NCBI GenBank assembly: GCA_963752285.1
Contig: CAVVXN010000001.1
Location: 608,001 to 672,000, forward strand
Length of the DNA: 64,000 bases
From: an uncultured Planctomycetota bacterium
GTDB taxonomy: Bacteria > Planctomycetota > PLA2 > JAEUHO01
Direction of reading: 5' to 3'
Made by a program: the position numbers and the translations under genes. Below, in pieces: positions 53,163 through 64,000 of this stretch; position 1 is the stretch's first letter, and every line of letters begins with the position of its first letter. The notes beneath the pieces are model-generated. The model saw only the letters and a program-made list of their open reading frames with translations, was not told the DNA's origin and did no database searches.

Positions 53163-53177
53163 TGGAATGGGGTCTGC
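53163..53177 (+). promoter_or_regulatory. Sigma54 -24/-12 promoter
   Basis: TGGAATGGGGTCTGC with GG-N10-GC spacing, just upstream of AAAGGAGG SD. Confidence 0.6.
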
Positions 53178-53204
53178 GATGGACATGGCGAAAGGAGGCA
53201 GATC

Positions 53205-53921
53205 ATGGGTGCCATCCTCGCCATCCTCACCTTCGCAGCGTTCATCTTTCTCGACTATCTCCTCAGCCGGCGCGCCGCCCGAAGGCAGGCGCTGTCCCCG
53301 GCCGAGATCCCCGTCGCCGTGGACGTGGAGGCGCCCCGCCCGGAGTCCGAGCCGCGGCTCGAGCCGGTGTGGGTCGCGGGCTACAACCTGCCCGACCAGC
53401 TCCACTACCACCGCGGCCACACGTGGGCCCGGGTCGTCGGCCCGGACACGGTCACGGTCGGCATCGACGACTTCTCGCGCCGCCTCCTCGGCAAGGCCGA
53501 GGACGTGACGCTCCCCGCGGTGGGCTCCTACATCCGCCAGGGCGGCAAGGGCGCGCGCCTCGCGCTCGACCACCGCGCGGCGGACGTCGTCTCGCCGATG
53601 GACGGGGAGGTCGTGGCGGTCAACGAGGGCCTCCAGAGCGAGCCGCAGCTCGCCACGGACGACCCGTACGGCCGCGGCTGGCTCTTCCGCGTCCGCTCGA
53701 CCAACCTCGCCGCGGGGCTTCGAAACCTCCTCGACGGGTCGATCGCGCGGAAGTGGATCGAAGACTCCCGCGAGCAGCTCGAGCTTCGCCTGATGGCGCT
53801 CTCGGGCTCCGTGCTCCAGGACGGCGGCGAGCCCGCGCCGGACTTCGCGGAGCACCTGGAGGCCTCCGAGTGGAAGGGCCTCGTCGAGCACTTCCTTCTG
53901 ACCGAGGGGTACGAGCGCTAG
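53205..53921 (+). CDS. Membrane-anchored glycine-cleavage H-like protein lacking the lipoyl lysine
   Basis: N-terminal TM; HRGHTWA, VGIDDF, SPMDGEVVAVN, DPYGRGWL; LALDHRAAD where GcvH has VESVKAAS. Confidence 0.8.
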   Translation: MGAILAILTFAAFIFLDYLLSRRAARRQALSPAEIPVAVDVEAPRPESEPRLEPVWVAGYNLPDQLHYHRGHTWARVVGPDTVTVGIDDFSRRLLGKAEDVTLPAVGSYIRQGGKGARLALDHRAADVVSPMDGEVVAVNEGLQSEPQLATDDPYGRGWLFRVRSTNLAAGLRNLLDGSIARKWIEDSREQLELRLMALSGSVLQDGGEPAPDFAEHLEASEWKGLVEHFLLTEGYER

Positions 53922-53966
53922 GCCTCGCGCCTCGCGTTCCTGCCGCCGAGAGATCGGGAGCCAGCC

Positions 53967-54830
53967 ATGACCGACAAGAAGCCGATGGCCATCCTCTACG
54001 ACATGACCTGCTGCACGGGCTGCCGCCAGTGCATGAAGGCATGCAACAAGAAGCAGGGGTTCGAGGGAGACGTCGAGCAGATCCACGATCTGTGCGAGAC
54101 CTCGTTCTCCGTGATCAAGTCCGTGGCGCCGAGGGACAAGGACGACGACGAGCACTACTACCGCAGCATGTGCCGGCACTGCGTCGAGCCCACCTGCGCG
54201 AGCGTGTGCCCGGTCGGCGCGCTCCACAAGACCCCCGAGGGTCCGGTGGTGTACGAGGTGGACCGCTGCATGGGCTGCCGCTACTGCATGACGGCCTGCC
54301 CGTTCAGCGTGCCGCGCTACACCTGGCACGACCCCGTCCCCTCCGTCCGCAAGTGCAACATGTGCTACGACCGCATCCTCGAGGGCAAGGAGACGGCCTG
54401 CGCCGAAGCCTGCCCGAACGGGGCCACGATCTTCGGCACGCGCGAGGAGATGCTCGCGGAGGCGCACAAGCGGATCCAGGAGTCGCCCGACGACTACTAC
54501 GACCACGTCTACGGCGAGCACGAGGTCGGCGGCACGTCGGTCCTCTTCCTGGCGCCCTTCCCGCTCGAGGAGCTCGGCTTCAAGGAGTCGCTCGGCACCG
54601 AGCCGATGCCCGTCCACACGTGGCGGGTCATCGAGAAGATCCCCGGCATCGCGGTCTCGGCCGCGGCCACCATGCTCGCGTTCTGGTGGATCACGCAGCG
54701 CCGCGAAGAGGTCTCCCGCTTCGAGGCGAAGGCGAAGGCCGAACGCAAGGCGCATCACGGGAACGGCCGTCTCTCGGCCGAGAACGACGGGTCGAACGGG
54801 AACGAGGAGGACAGCCGTGAGCACGCCTGA
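53967..54830 (+). CDS. 4Fe-4S polyferredoxin subunit (HybA/FdnH-like)
   Basis: CTGCRQCMKAC, CRHCVEPTCASVCP, CMGCRYCMTACP, CNMC...CAEACP; C-terminal TM. Confidence 0.9.
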   Translation: MTDKKPMAILYDMTCCTGCRQCMKACNKKQGFEGDVEQIHDLCETSFSVIKSVAPRDKDDDEHYYRSMCRHCVEPTCASVCPVGALHKTPEGPVVYEVDRCMGCRYCMTACPFSVPRYTWHDPVPSVRKCNMCYDRILEGKETACAEACPNGATIFGTREEMLAEAHKRIQESPDDYYDHVYGEHEVGGTSVLFLAPFPLEELGFKESLGTEPMPVHTWRVIEKIPGIAVSAAATMLAFWWITQRREEVSRFEAKAKAERKAHHGNGRLSAENDGSNGNEEDSREHA

Positions 54831-56037
54831 CCGTCAGCCGCTCCCCTTCTGGCGCGGGATCTTCTTCCTGATCCTGGGCACGGGTCTGGTCTTGACCGTG
54901 ATCCGCTTCACGCAGGGCCTCGGCGCCGTCACGAACCTCTCCGACCGGTATCCCTGGGGCCTCTGGGTGGGCTTCGACCTGCTCTGCGGCGTCGGGCTCG
55001 CGGCCGGCGGGTTCGTCATCACGGCGATCGTCTACGTGTTCAACATCGAGCGCTGGCGCCCGGTCGCGAGACCGGCCGTCCTGACGGCCTTCCTGGGCTA
55101 CATGCTCGTCTGCATGGGGCTCATGTTCGACCTGGGCCGGCCTTGGAACATCTGGCACCCGCTCATCATGTGGAACCCCCACTCGGTGATGTTCGAGGTC
55201 GCCTGGTGCGTGATGCTCTACTCGACCGTCCTCGCGCTCGAGTTCTCGGGGATGGTCTTCCAGAAGGTCGGATGGCGCCGCGCGCTGAAGGTCCAGAAGA
55301 CCCTCACCGTGCCGCTCGTCATCTTGGGCGTCACGCTCTCGACGCTCCACCAGTCGTCGCTCGGCACCATGTACCTGATCGTCCCCGGGAAGCTCCACGC
55401 GATCTGGTACACCGGGATCCTCCCGATCCTCTTCTTCGTGTCGGCCGTGGCCGCGGGCCTCGCGATGGTGATCGTCGAGTCGCGCCTCGCGTCGCGGGCG
55501 CTCCACCGCCAGCTCGAGCTGCCGCTCCTCTCGGAGGTCGGCCGCGCGCTGCTCGGCGTGCTGGGGCTCTTCGGCGTGCTGCGCATCTTCGACCTCGCGA
55601 ACCGCGGGGTCCTCGGGACGGCGCTCTCGTTCAGCTACGAGTCGTCCTTGTTCGTGGTCGAGTTCGCGCTGGGCGTCCTGATCCCGATGGCGCTGCTCGC
55701 GCAGCCCCGCGTGCGCCACAGCGCCCGCGGCCTCTACGCCGCGGCGCTGTGCGCGGTCCTCGGGTTCGTGGCCAACCGCCTGAACGTCTCGATGACGGGT
55801 TTCGAGGGCGCGCAGGGCGGCCACTACATCCCGTCGTGGTCCGAGGCGATGATCACCCTGATGATGATCGCGATCGGCTTCGGCGCCTTCTACGTCATCG
55901 CGCGTCACTTCCCCGTCTACCCCGAAGAGAAGGCCGAGCGTCGTCTCGCGCCGCGCCACGTGCCGGTCGCGGTGACCGCCCGGGTCGCCGAGGAGGAGCT
56001 CGCCCCCTGGGAGACGAGGGTCCTGTCCCCCCGATAG
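54817..56037 (+). CDS. NrfD/HybB-family integral membrane quinone-interacting subunit
   Basis: YPWGLWVGFD, DLGRPW, SVMFEVAWC, STLHQSSLG; about 10 TMs. Confidence 0.9.
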   Translation: MSTPDRQPLPFWRGIFFLILGTGLVLTVIRFTQGLGAVTNLSDRYPWGLWVGFDLLCGVGLAAGGFVITAIVYVFNIERWRPVARPAVLTAFLGYMLVCMGLMFDLGRPWNIWHPLIMWNPHSVMFEVAWCVMLYSTVLALEFSGMVFQKVGWRRALKVQKTLTVPLVILGVTLSTLHQSSLGTMYLIVPGKLHAIWYTGILPILFFVSAVAAGLAMVIVESRLASRALHRQLELPLLSEVGRALLGVLGLFGVLRIFDLANRGVLGTALSFSYESSLFVVEFALGVLIPMALLAQPRVRHSARGLYAAALCAVLGFVANRLNVSMTGFEGAQGGHYIPSWSEAMITLMMIAIGFGAFYVIARHFPVYPEEKAERRLAPRHVPVAVTARVAEEELAPWETRVLSPR

Positions 56038-56204
56038 GGGACCGCGCGGGTGCCCGAGGGCGGGCTTCGCGGCCCGCCCGACGGCTCCGCTTGGCTGGCG
56101 GTCCCGGGGCCGGCGGACGACGTCCGCCGGCCCCACTTCTTGAAGCGGACGCGATCGCCGCGGCCGACCTTCGGGCACGACGAGCAAAGGGATAGGATTG
56201 AGGG

Positions 56205-57901
56205 ATGGCCAAGGTGGTCGCGGGCGGCCGCAAGGGCAGCCTGGCGTTTCGCTTCGTGCTGATCCTGGGGCTCGGCGTCGCGCTGATCTTCGCGGGGACG
56301 GCGTACTGGAACCTGACGCTCCAGCGCCGTCACATGACCGAGATGATCCAGAACGCCGGGATCCGGTACGCGACCCTGATCCGCAACGCCACGCACGACG
56401 GCATGCTCGAGAACGACCGGGAGCGCGTCGGGCGGGTCATCGCGTCCCTCGGCCGCTCGGACAGCGTCCAGCGGATCCGCGTGATCGACCGGTACGGGAA
56501 GGTCCAGCAGGCGACCGACCCCTCGCTGTTCGGGCCCGTCCCGATCTCGTCCTTCCAGTGCCAGGTCTGCCACGAGCGCCGGGAGCTGCCGTCCTCGCTG
56601 CCCGACGAGCACCGGGTCCGGGTCGTCAGCCGGCCGGGCGGCGAGAGCTACCTGAACGTGGTCGAGCCCATCCCGAACGAGCCGGGCTGCTCGACGGCCG
56701 ACTGTCACGCGCACCCGCACGACCGGCGCGTGCTCGGGATCATCGACATCGAGATGCCCCTCGGCGCCATGGAGGCGCACGTGCGGGACAGCCAGCGCCA
56801 GCTCGGTGTCGGCCTCCTCGTGACGGTCCTCGCGATCGGGCTCTTGACCGCGATCCTGACGTGGCGGCTCGTGATCCGGCCGATCCGGCGTCTCGGACGC
56901 GCGGCCGACCGGGTGGCCGGCGGCGACCTCACCGCGACGGTCCCCGTCCACTCGCGCGACGAGATCGGCCGCATGGCCGCGACGTGGAACACGATGGTGG
57001 CCAAGCTGAACGGCGCCCAGAAGGAGCTCGCCGACTGGAGCAAGACCCTCGAGCAGCGGGTGGACGCGAAGACGAGGGAGGTCGAGGCGGCCCACCAGCG
57101 GATGCTCGTCGTCGAGAAGATGGCCTCGCTCGGGAAGCTCGCGGCGGTCGTGGCCCACGAGATCAACAATCCCCTCGCGGGCATCGCCACGTACGCGCGG
57201 CTGATGCACCGGAAGCTCGTGACGGCCGGAGCGGACCGCGCGGGGGACGACCCCGCGGCCGCGACGCCGATCGCCCTGAAGGACGTCGAGAACGCGAAGA
57301 TCCTCGAGCTGATGGAGGCCGAGGCGAGCCGCTGCGGGAAGATCGTCCGGAACCTCCTGCTCTTCAGCCGCACGCCGGGCGCCCGCTTCGCGCCCGAGGA
57401 CCTCCGACCGGTGCTGGAGCGCTGCGCGATGCTCGTGAAGCACCAGGCCGACCTCCAGGAGGTCGAGATCCGCGTGGAAGTCCCCCCGGACGCCCCGAAG
57501 GTCGAGTGCGACGCGTCGCAGGTCCAGCAGGTCGTGCTCGCCCTCGTGATGAACGCGATCGAGGCGATGCCGTCGGGCGGCACCCTTACGATCACGGTCG
57601 CCCCCGATCCGCTGGGCGACGCCCTGCTCCTTCAGGTCGGCGACACGGGCGTCGGGATCCGCGCCGAGGAGCTGCCCCTCATCTTCGAGCCCTTCCACAC
57701 CACCAAGGAGCAGGGCGAAGGGGTGGGCCTCGGGCTGTCCGTCGTCTACGGCATCGTCCAGCGCCACCACGGGCGCGTGGACGTCCGGTCGAAGGTCGGC
57801 GAGGGGACCACGTTCACCGTGCGACTGCCCCTCCGGCAGCCCGCGCGCGACGAGGCGGCCGGGGAGGCCGCGGCCACGACGTCCGAGGAGCCCGGATCGC
57901 G

Positions 57902-57905
<4 letters not shown>
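56205..57905 (+). CDS. Sensor histidine kinase with periplasmic heme-c motifs and HAMP domain
   Basis: CQVCH and CSTADCH between two TMs; AHEINNPL; DTGVG, FHTTK, GLGLS. Confidence 0.92.
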
Positions 57906-59270
<1,365 letters not shown>

Positions 59271-59281
<11 letters not shown>

Positions 59282-59840
59282 GGACGCGCGCACGGTCCCG
59301 AGCGGCTTCCTCGTCCTCCAGGTCGGCGGACCGCCGCGCGTGCTGGTCGAAGGGGTCACGGCCGCGCTGAGCCGCCGCGTGGACGTCGCCTGCCGCCTCG
59401 CCGAGGCGCCCGAGGGCTTCCCGCTGCCGCGTCTCGAACACCGCGAGCAGCTCGACGCCGACGCCGTACTCGGCCACCTCGAGCGTCTCCCCCGCGACGA
59501 CGGCACGTGGATCGTCGGCGTCACCCACCACGACCTCGGGAACCCGATCTTCACGTTCTTCTTCGGCCGCGCGCGCCACCACGGGGGCGCCGTGCTCGTC
59601 TCGACCGCGCGCCTCGCGCCGGCCTACTACGGGCTCCCCGACGACGTGCGCGTGACGACGCGCCGCGCGGTGCTGGAGACGCTCCACGAGCTCGGACACG
59701 CGGCGGGCCTCGGACACTGCCAGGACAGCGCCTGCCTCATGCGCTTCTCGCCGACCGTGGAGTCGCTGGACAACCGCGGCGAGCGGTTCTGCCCCGTGTG
59801 CGCGCTCGAGCTCCCCGACGCGTTCCGCCCCTCCCGGTGA
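59271..59840 (+). CDS. Archaemetzincin-like (M54) Zn metalloprotease
   Basis: HELGHAAGLGHC, CLM, FCPVC. Confidence 0.85.
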
Positions 59841-59861
59841 GGCGGCGGCCCGTGCGGGCGC

Positions 59862-60308
59862 TCAGTTCCGTGGGCCCGAGCAGTCCCGGCACGTGCCGAG
59901 GAAGAGGATCGCGCAGCCCTCGATCACGAAGCCGAGCGGCAGGTCCGCCGGCGGCGGGAGCGCCGCGCAGTTCGCCTCCTGGACGTCGTACACGTTCTCG
60001 CAGGACGTGCAGACCGCGTGGTGGTGCGGCGACACGTCGCCGTCGAACCGCGTGGCGCCCCGGGGGTGTGGGAGGCGTCGCACGAGCCCGAGATCGACGA
60101 ACGTGTCGAGGACCCGGTACACCGTCGTTCGCGAGATCCCCGGGATGCGGGCCTTCGCGAGCTCCCACAGCTCGTCGGCGGTGGGATGGGTCTCGGTGCG
60201 GACGATGGCGTCCATCAGCACACGCCGCTGGACGGTGATCGGGAGCCCGCGCTCCCGGCAGGCCATCTCGAAGTCCCGCACCCGCCTGGCCGTTTCTCTC
60301 GGTTGCAT
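59862..60308 (-). CDS. Fur family regulator (PerR-like)
   Basis: TVQRR, HPTADE, TVYRVL, HHHAVCTSC, CRDC. Confidence 0.9.
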   Translation of the reverse strand: MQPRETARRVRDFEMACRERGLPITVQRRVLMDAIVRTETHPTADELWELAKARIPGISRTTVYRVLDTFVDLGLVRRLPHPRGATRFDGDVSPHHHAVCTSCENVYDVQEANCAALPPPADLPLGFVIEGCAILFLGTCRDCSGPRN

Positions 60309-60385
60309 GGGTGTGCCCCACGGGCGAGTCTACCCGATGCAACCTCTTGCCGATACCCACGGCCCAGGCGATTTCGTGCCGGGAT

Positions 60386-60829
60386 TCACGCCTCCGCGCC
60401 GGAATCGGCGTCTTTCCGACTCCGGTCCGCTCGGCGTTCGACGCGTTCCCGGTGGCTCGCCGCCGACAGCGCGCGGTCCACGGCCACGGCGCCGCTCCCG
60501 AAGATCAGCAGCGCGAGGGCCACGCCCACCGCGAGGACGTGGTAGCTCCCATAGGTCGCTCCGATGGGAGAGTTCGGGTTGTCCATCCACCCGTCGATGA
60601 CCTGTCGCGCGCCCACCGGGCCGCCTTTCGCGACCATCACCTCGAGCGTCCTCCAGGCGGCGACCGACATCAGCGTCGCCACCCCGAGCGCGGCGAACCG
60701 TCCGAGGAACCCGGCGATCAGCAGGAGCGAACCGAGCACCTCCGTCGCGATCGCGGCGTACGTGAGCGCGGGCGGGATGCCCATCGGGCCCCAAGACGCC
60801 CGGACCGTCTCGTCGATCGACGCCCGCAC
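60386..60829 (-). pseudogene. DoxX family protein lacking its first TM segment
   Basis: ATEVLGSLLLIAGFLGRFAAL...YHVLA...GSGAVAVD; 5' end runs into octamer repeat. Confidence 0.6.
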
Positions 60830-60952
60830 GCCCCGACGCCCCGACGCCCCGATGCCCCGACGCCCCGACGCCCCGACGCCCCGACGCCGACGCCCGATGC
60901 CCCGACGCCCCGACGCCCCGACGCCCCGATGTCCCGACGCCCCGATGCCCGG
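60829..60952. repeat. (YGCCCCGA)n octamer tandem repeat, about 16 units
   Basis: Counted directly; includes 6- and 7-bp shortened units. Confidence 0.95.
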
Positions 60953-61018
60953 CCACCCGGCTCCCGGACCGGCACCGCGCCTCCGGGCTAGACTCGGCCA
61001 CCACGCCGGAGGGACGCG

Positions 61019-62968
61019 ATGTCGGACGAGACGCTCGAGAGCCTGCTCGAGGAGGGACGTACGTTTCCGCCGGCGGACGCGTTCCGCGCCCAGGCCAACG
61101 CGAACGACGCCTCGATCTACGCGCGCGGGGACGACGCCGAGGCGTTCTGGGAGACGGAGGCGAAGGACTACCTCTGGACCCGCCCGTGGGACCGCGTCCT
61201 CGAGTGGAAGCTCCCGTTCGCGAAGTGGTTCGTGGGCGGGCGTACGAACCTCTCGGCGAACTGTCTCGACCGCCACGTCGAGGCCGGGCGCGGCGAGAAG
61301 GTGGCCTACCACTTCGAGGGCGAGCCCGGCGATCGCCGCACGATCACGTACGCGGACCTGCTCCGCGACGTCCAGCGCTTCGCGAACGTGCTCCGGGACG
61401 CGGGCGTCGAGAAGGGCGACCGCGTCACCATCTACATGGGGATGGTGCCCGAGCTCCCGGTCGCGATGCTCGCCTGCGCGCGGATCGGGGCCCCGCACTC
61501 GGTCGTGTTCGGCGGCTTCAGCCCCGACTCCCTCCGGGAGCGCATCGACGACTCGCAGTCGCGGGTCGTCGTGACCGCCGACGGCGCGTGGCGGCGCGGC
61601 AAGGTGGTCCCGCTCAAGCAGAACGTGGACCGCGCCCTCCAGGGCGCACCCGGCGTCGAGACCGTGATCGTGCTCCGCCGGGTGGGCGCGGACGCGGAGT
61701 GCCCCATGCAGGCGGGTCGCGACCACTGGTGGCACGAGCTCGTGGACCGCGCGGCGCCCGACTGCCCGCCCGAGGAGATGGACGCCGAGGACCTCCTCTA
61801 CCTCCTCTACACGAGCGGCACGACCGGCAAGCCGAAGGGCATCACGCACACGACGGGCGGCTACATGGTCGGCGTCGGCACGACCACGAAGTACGTGTTC
61901 GACCTGAAGCCCGACGACGTGTACTGGTGCACGGCCGACATCGGCTGGGTCACCGGACACAGCTACATCGTGTACGGCCCGCTCGCGAACGCCGCGACCG
62001 GCGTGCTCTACGAGGGCGCTCCCGACCATCCCGCGCGGGACCGGTTCTGGTCGATCGTGGAGCGGTACCGCGTGACCGTCTTCTACACGGCGCCCACCGC
62101 GATCCGGGCCTTCATGGGTTGGGGCGACGCGTGGCCGAAGAAGCACGACCTCTCGTCGCTCCGGCTCCTCGGCACGGTCGGCGAGCCGATCAACCCCGAG
62201 GCGTGGATGTGGTACCGCGAGCACGTCGGCCAGGACCGGTGCCCCATCGTGGACACGTGGTGGCAGACGGAGACCGGCGCGATCCTCGTCACGCCGCTTC
62301 CCGGCCTCACGACGACGAAGCCCGGCTCGGCCTGCCGTCCGTTCCCCGGGATCCACGTGGACGTGGTGGACGACGAGGGCCGCTCCGTGCCGAAGGGCGG
62401 CGGCGGGTTCCTCGTGATCACGAAGCCCTGGCCGTCGATGCTGCGCGGCATCTACGGCGCGCCCGAGCGCTACCGCCAGACCTACTGGTCGCGCTTCCCG
62501 GGCGTGTACTTCACCGGCGACGGCTGCAAGCGCGACGAGGACGGGTACCTGTGGCTCATGGGTCGCGTGGACGACATCATGCTCGTCGCGGGGCACAACA
62601 TCAGCACGGCCGAGGTCGAGTCGGCGCTCGTGAGCCACCCGTCGGTCGCCGAGGCGGCCGTCGTCGGTCGTCCCGACCCGATGAAGGGTCAGGGCATCGC
62701 CGCGTTCGTGACGCTCCGGCAGGGCCTCGAAGGCGGGCCCGCGCTCGCGAAGGAGCTCCGCGGCCACGTCGCGGAGAAGCTCGGCGCGATCGCGCGCCCC
62801 GACGAGGTCCACTTCGCCGCCGACCTGCCGAAGACGCGGAGCGGCAAGATCATGCGCCGGCTCCTCCGCGACATCGCGCGCGGGGATCGCCTCGGGGACA
62901 CCACGACGCTGGCCGATCCCGGGGTCGTGGACTCGCTCCGACGCGAGTACGAGGGCCACGGCGCCTGA
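61019..62968 (+). CDS. acs: Acetyl-CoA synthetase
   Basis: [43 protein letters not shown]. Confidence 0.97.
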   Translation: MSDETLESLLEEGRTFPPADAFRAQANANDASIYARGDDAEAFWETEAKDYLWTRPWDRVLEWKLPFAKWFVGGRTNLSANCLDRHVEAGRGEKVAYHFEGEPGDRRTITYADLLRDVQRFANVLRDAGVEKGDRVTIYMGMVPELPVAMLACARIGAPHSVVFGGFSPDSLRERIDDSQSRVVVTADGAWRRGKVVPLKQNVDRALQGAPGVETVIVLRRVGADAECPMQAGRDHWWHELVDRAAPDCPPEEMDAEDLLYLLYTSGTTGKPKGITHTTGGYMVGVGTTTKYVFDLKPDDVYWCTADIGWVTGHSYIVYGPLANAATGVLYEGAPDHPARDRFWSIVERYRVTVFYTAPTAIRAFMGWGDAWPKKHDLSSLRLLGTVGEPINPEAWMWYREHVGQDRCPIVDTWWQTETGAILVTPLPGLTTTKPGSACRPFPGIHVDVVDDEGRSVPKGGGGFLVITKPWPSMLRGIYGAPERYRQTYWSRFPGVYFTGDGCKRDEDGYLWLMGRVDDIMLVAGHNISTAEVESALVSHPSVAEAAVVGRPDPMKGQGIAAFVTLRQGLEGGPALAKELRGHVAEKLGAIARPDEVHFAADLPKTRSGKIMRRLLRDIARGDRLGDTTTLADPGVVDSLRREYEGHGA

Positions 62969-62969
62969 A

Positions 62970-62990
62970 CGGGGACCGCGCGGGTCCCCG
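62970..62990. terminator. Hairpin between convergent acs and thioredoxin genes
   Basis: CGGGGACC-GCGCG-GGTCCCCG. Confidence 0.5.
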
Positions 62991-63011
62991 CGGTCGGGGC
63001 GACGTCCGGGG

Positions 63012-63530
63012 TCAGTACCGGCCGAGGTGCTGGAGCAGGTCCTCGGCGCTTCGGAACCCGACGAGGCGCTCGACCTCGCGCCCGTGCTCGTCCATCACGA
63101 CGATCGTCGGGAAGCCGTGCACGTCGAAACGGCTGGCCGCGGCGCGACCCGCGTCCGTGTCGGGATCGTAGCGGGAGGCGGGGAACGCCTGGACGCGCGA
63201 GGCGACGCGCGCCTGCGAGAGGGTCTCCCGGTTGAGCTTCTGGCAGAAGCCGCACCAGCTCGCGCAGAAGTAGAGGAGGGCGGGCTTCCTCGCCGCCGCC
63301 GCGCGCTGGGTCATGCTCGCGAGCGGCGTGTTCACCTCGGCGAAGGCGCGCCCGCTCGGGCTCGGCGCGCGGGCGACGGTCGGCGTGCGGGCGACGGTCG
63401 GCGCGAGGACCGGCGAGCGCAGCGCGTCGGAGGAGGACGCGGAGCCGGTCGGCCGGGCGAGGTGGGGGGAGCGGCACCCGAGGAAGACGAGGGGCGTCGC
63501 GAGCGCCCAGAGGGCGAGCCGTCGGTTCAT
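63012..63530 (-). CDS. Thioredoxin-family lipoprotein
   Basis: Lipobox FLGC; WCGFC active site; GFPT cis-Pro motif. Confidence 0.85.
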   Translation of the reverse strand: MNRRLALWALATPLVFLGCRSPHLARPTGSASSSDALRSPVLAPTVARTPTVARAPSPSGRAFAEVNTPLASMTQRAAAARKPALLYFCASWCGFCQKLNRETLSQARVASRVQAFPASRYDPDTDAGRAAASRFDVHGFPTIVVMDEHGREVERLVGFRSAEDLLQHLGRY

Positions 63531-63624
63531 GGGGAAAGGGCCTCCGAGGTCGGTACGGGCCCGGAGAGGGTACCGGACGCCGCGGGGCCTCGGTCCGACG
63601 GCCCGCGCGCGCCGGCCGGGCGGT

Positions 63625-64000
63625 TCAGGCGCGCTTGCGGAGCACGAGGGAGAACGGGAGCAGCTCGTTCGGCATCTCGAGGCGCAGGACGCCGTCCTCG
63701 TACGTCGCGTGGAGCGTCTGGGGCTCGTCCGGCTTCTCGCCGTTCTCCTCGGTCTGGAGGAACTCGTACGCGCCGTCGCCCTTGTCGGTCCAGGTGCCGC
63801 GGGCCGACTGCTCCTCGCCCTCGTCCATCGTGCCCGCGGCGTGCCAGGTCCCGTCCTCGGCCACGGTCAGCTCGAACGTGAAGGTCTTCAGCCGCTCCTT
63901 GAACTGATCGAAGATCTCGTCGAGCACGTTCGGCGGGAGGTCCATGTCCTCGTCGGCCATCTGCTTCCGCATTACCGCTTCCATCGCCTGGCCCGACAGC
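63625..64000 (-). CDS. Hypothetical protein (3' part; likely extends beyond window)
   Basis: Open frame to the window edge, lipocalin-like GTW strand pattern. Confidence 0.6.
   Translation of the reverse strand, partial: LSGQAMEAVMRKQMADEDMDLPPNVLDEIFDQFKERLKTFTFELTVAEDGTWHAAGTMDEGEEQSARGTWTDKGDGAYEFLQTEENGEKPDEPQTLHATYEDGVLRLEMPNELLPFSLVLRKRA

Noticed and set aside
53205..53921. Canonical gcvH
   Set aside because: No lipoyl Lys, has a TM anchor, and no gcvT/gcvP nearby

Overview
Very GC-rich bacterial chromosome segment. Gene content (ECF sigma with long C-terminal extension, prenyltransferase/squalene-oxidase repeat protein, carboxypeptidase-regulatory repeat protein, Cys-rich OprO/P porins, FG-GAP lipoprotein) resembles Planctomycetota, but this is an inference. 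Left to right: a selenoneine senA-senB pair without senC/selD inside a longer minus-strand gene run; two tandem phosphate-porin paralogs; a methyltransferase / GT-C / AsnB / metallophosphoesterase / ArnT envelope-modification cluster; two TraR/DksA paralogs; ppc; several secreted proteins; a 5-copy 115-bp structured non-coding tandem array; fur-katG. A compositionally distinct ~9-kb island (~41.3-50.2 kb) abuts the 3' end of tRNA-Sec. It carries HTH + AAA ATPase + frameshifted S8 protease (IetAS-like), a HEPN-like gene, a decayed IS3, and several integrase/recombinase remnants, two of which start at the same homologous position. Then come a sigma54-controlled GcvH-like/HybA/HybB/heme-c sensor kinase/NtrC/archaemetzincin module, a second Fur, a DoxX truncated at an octamer repeat, acs and a thioredoxin lipoprotein. 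All product calls come from recognising motifs by eye; no searches were run.
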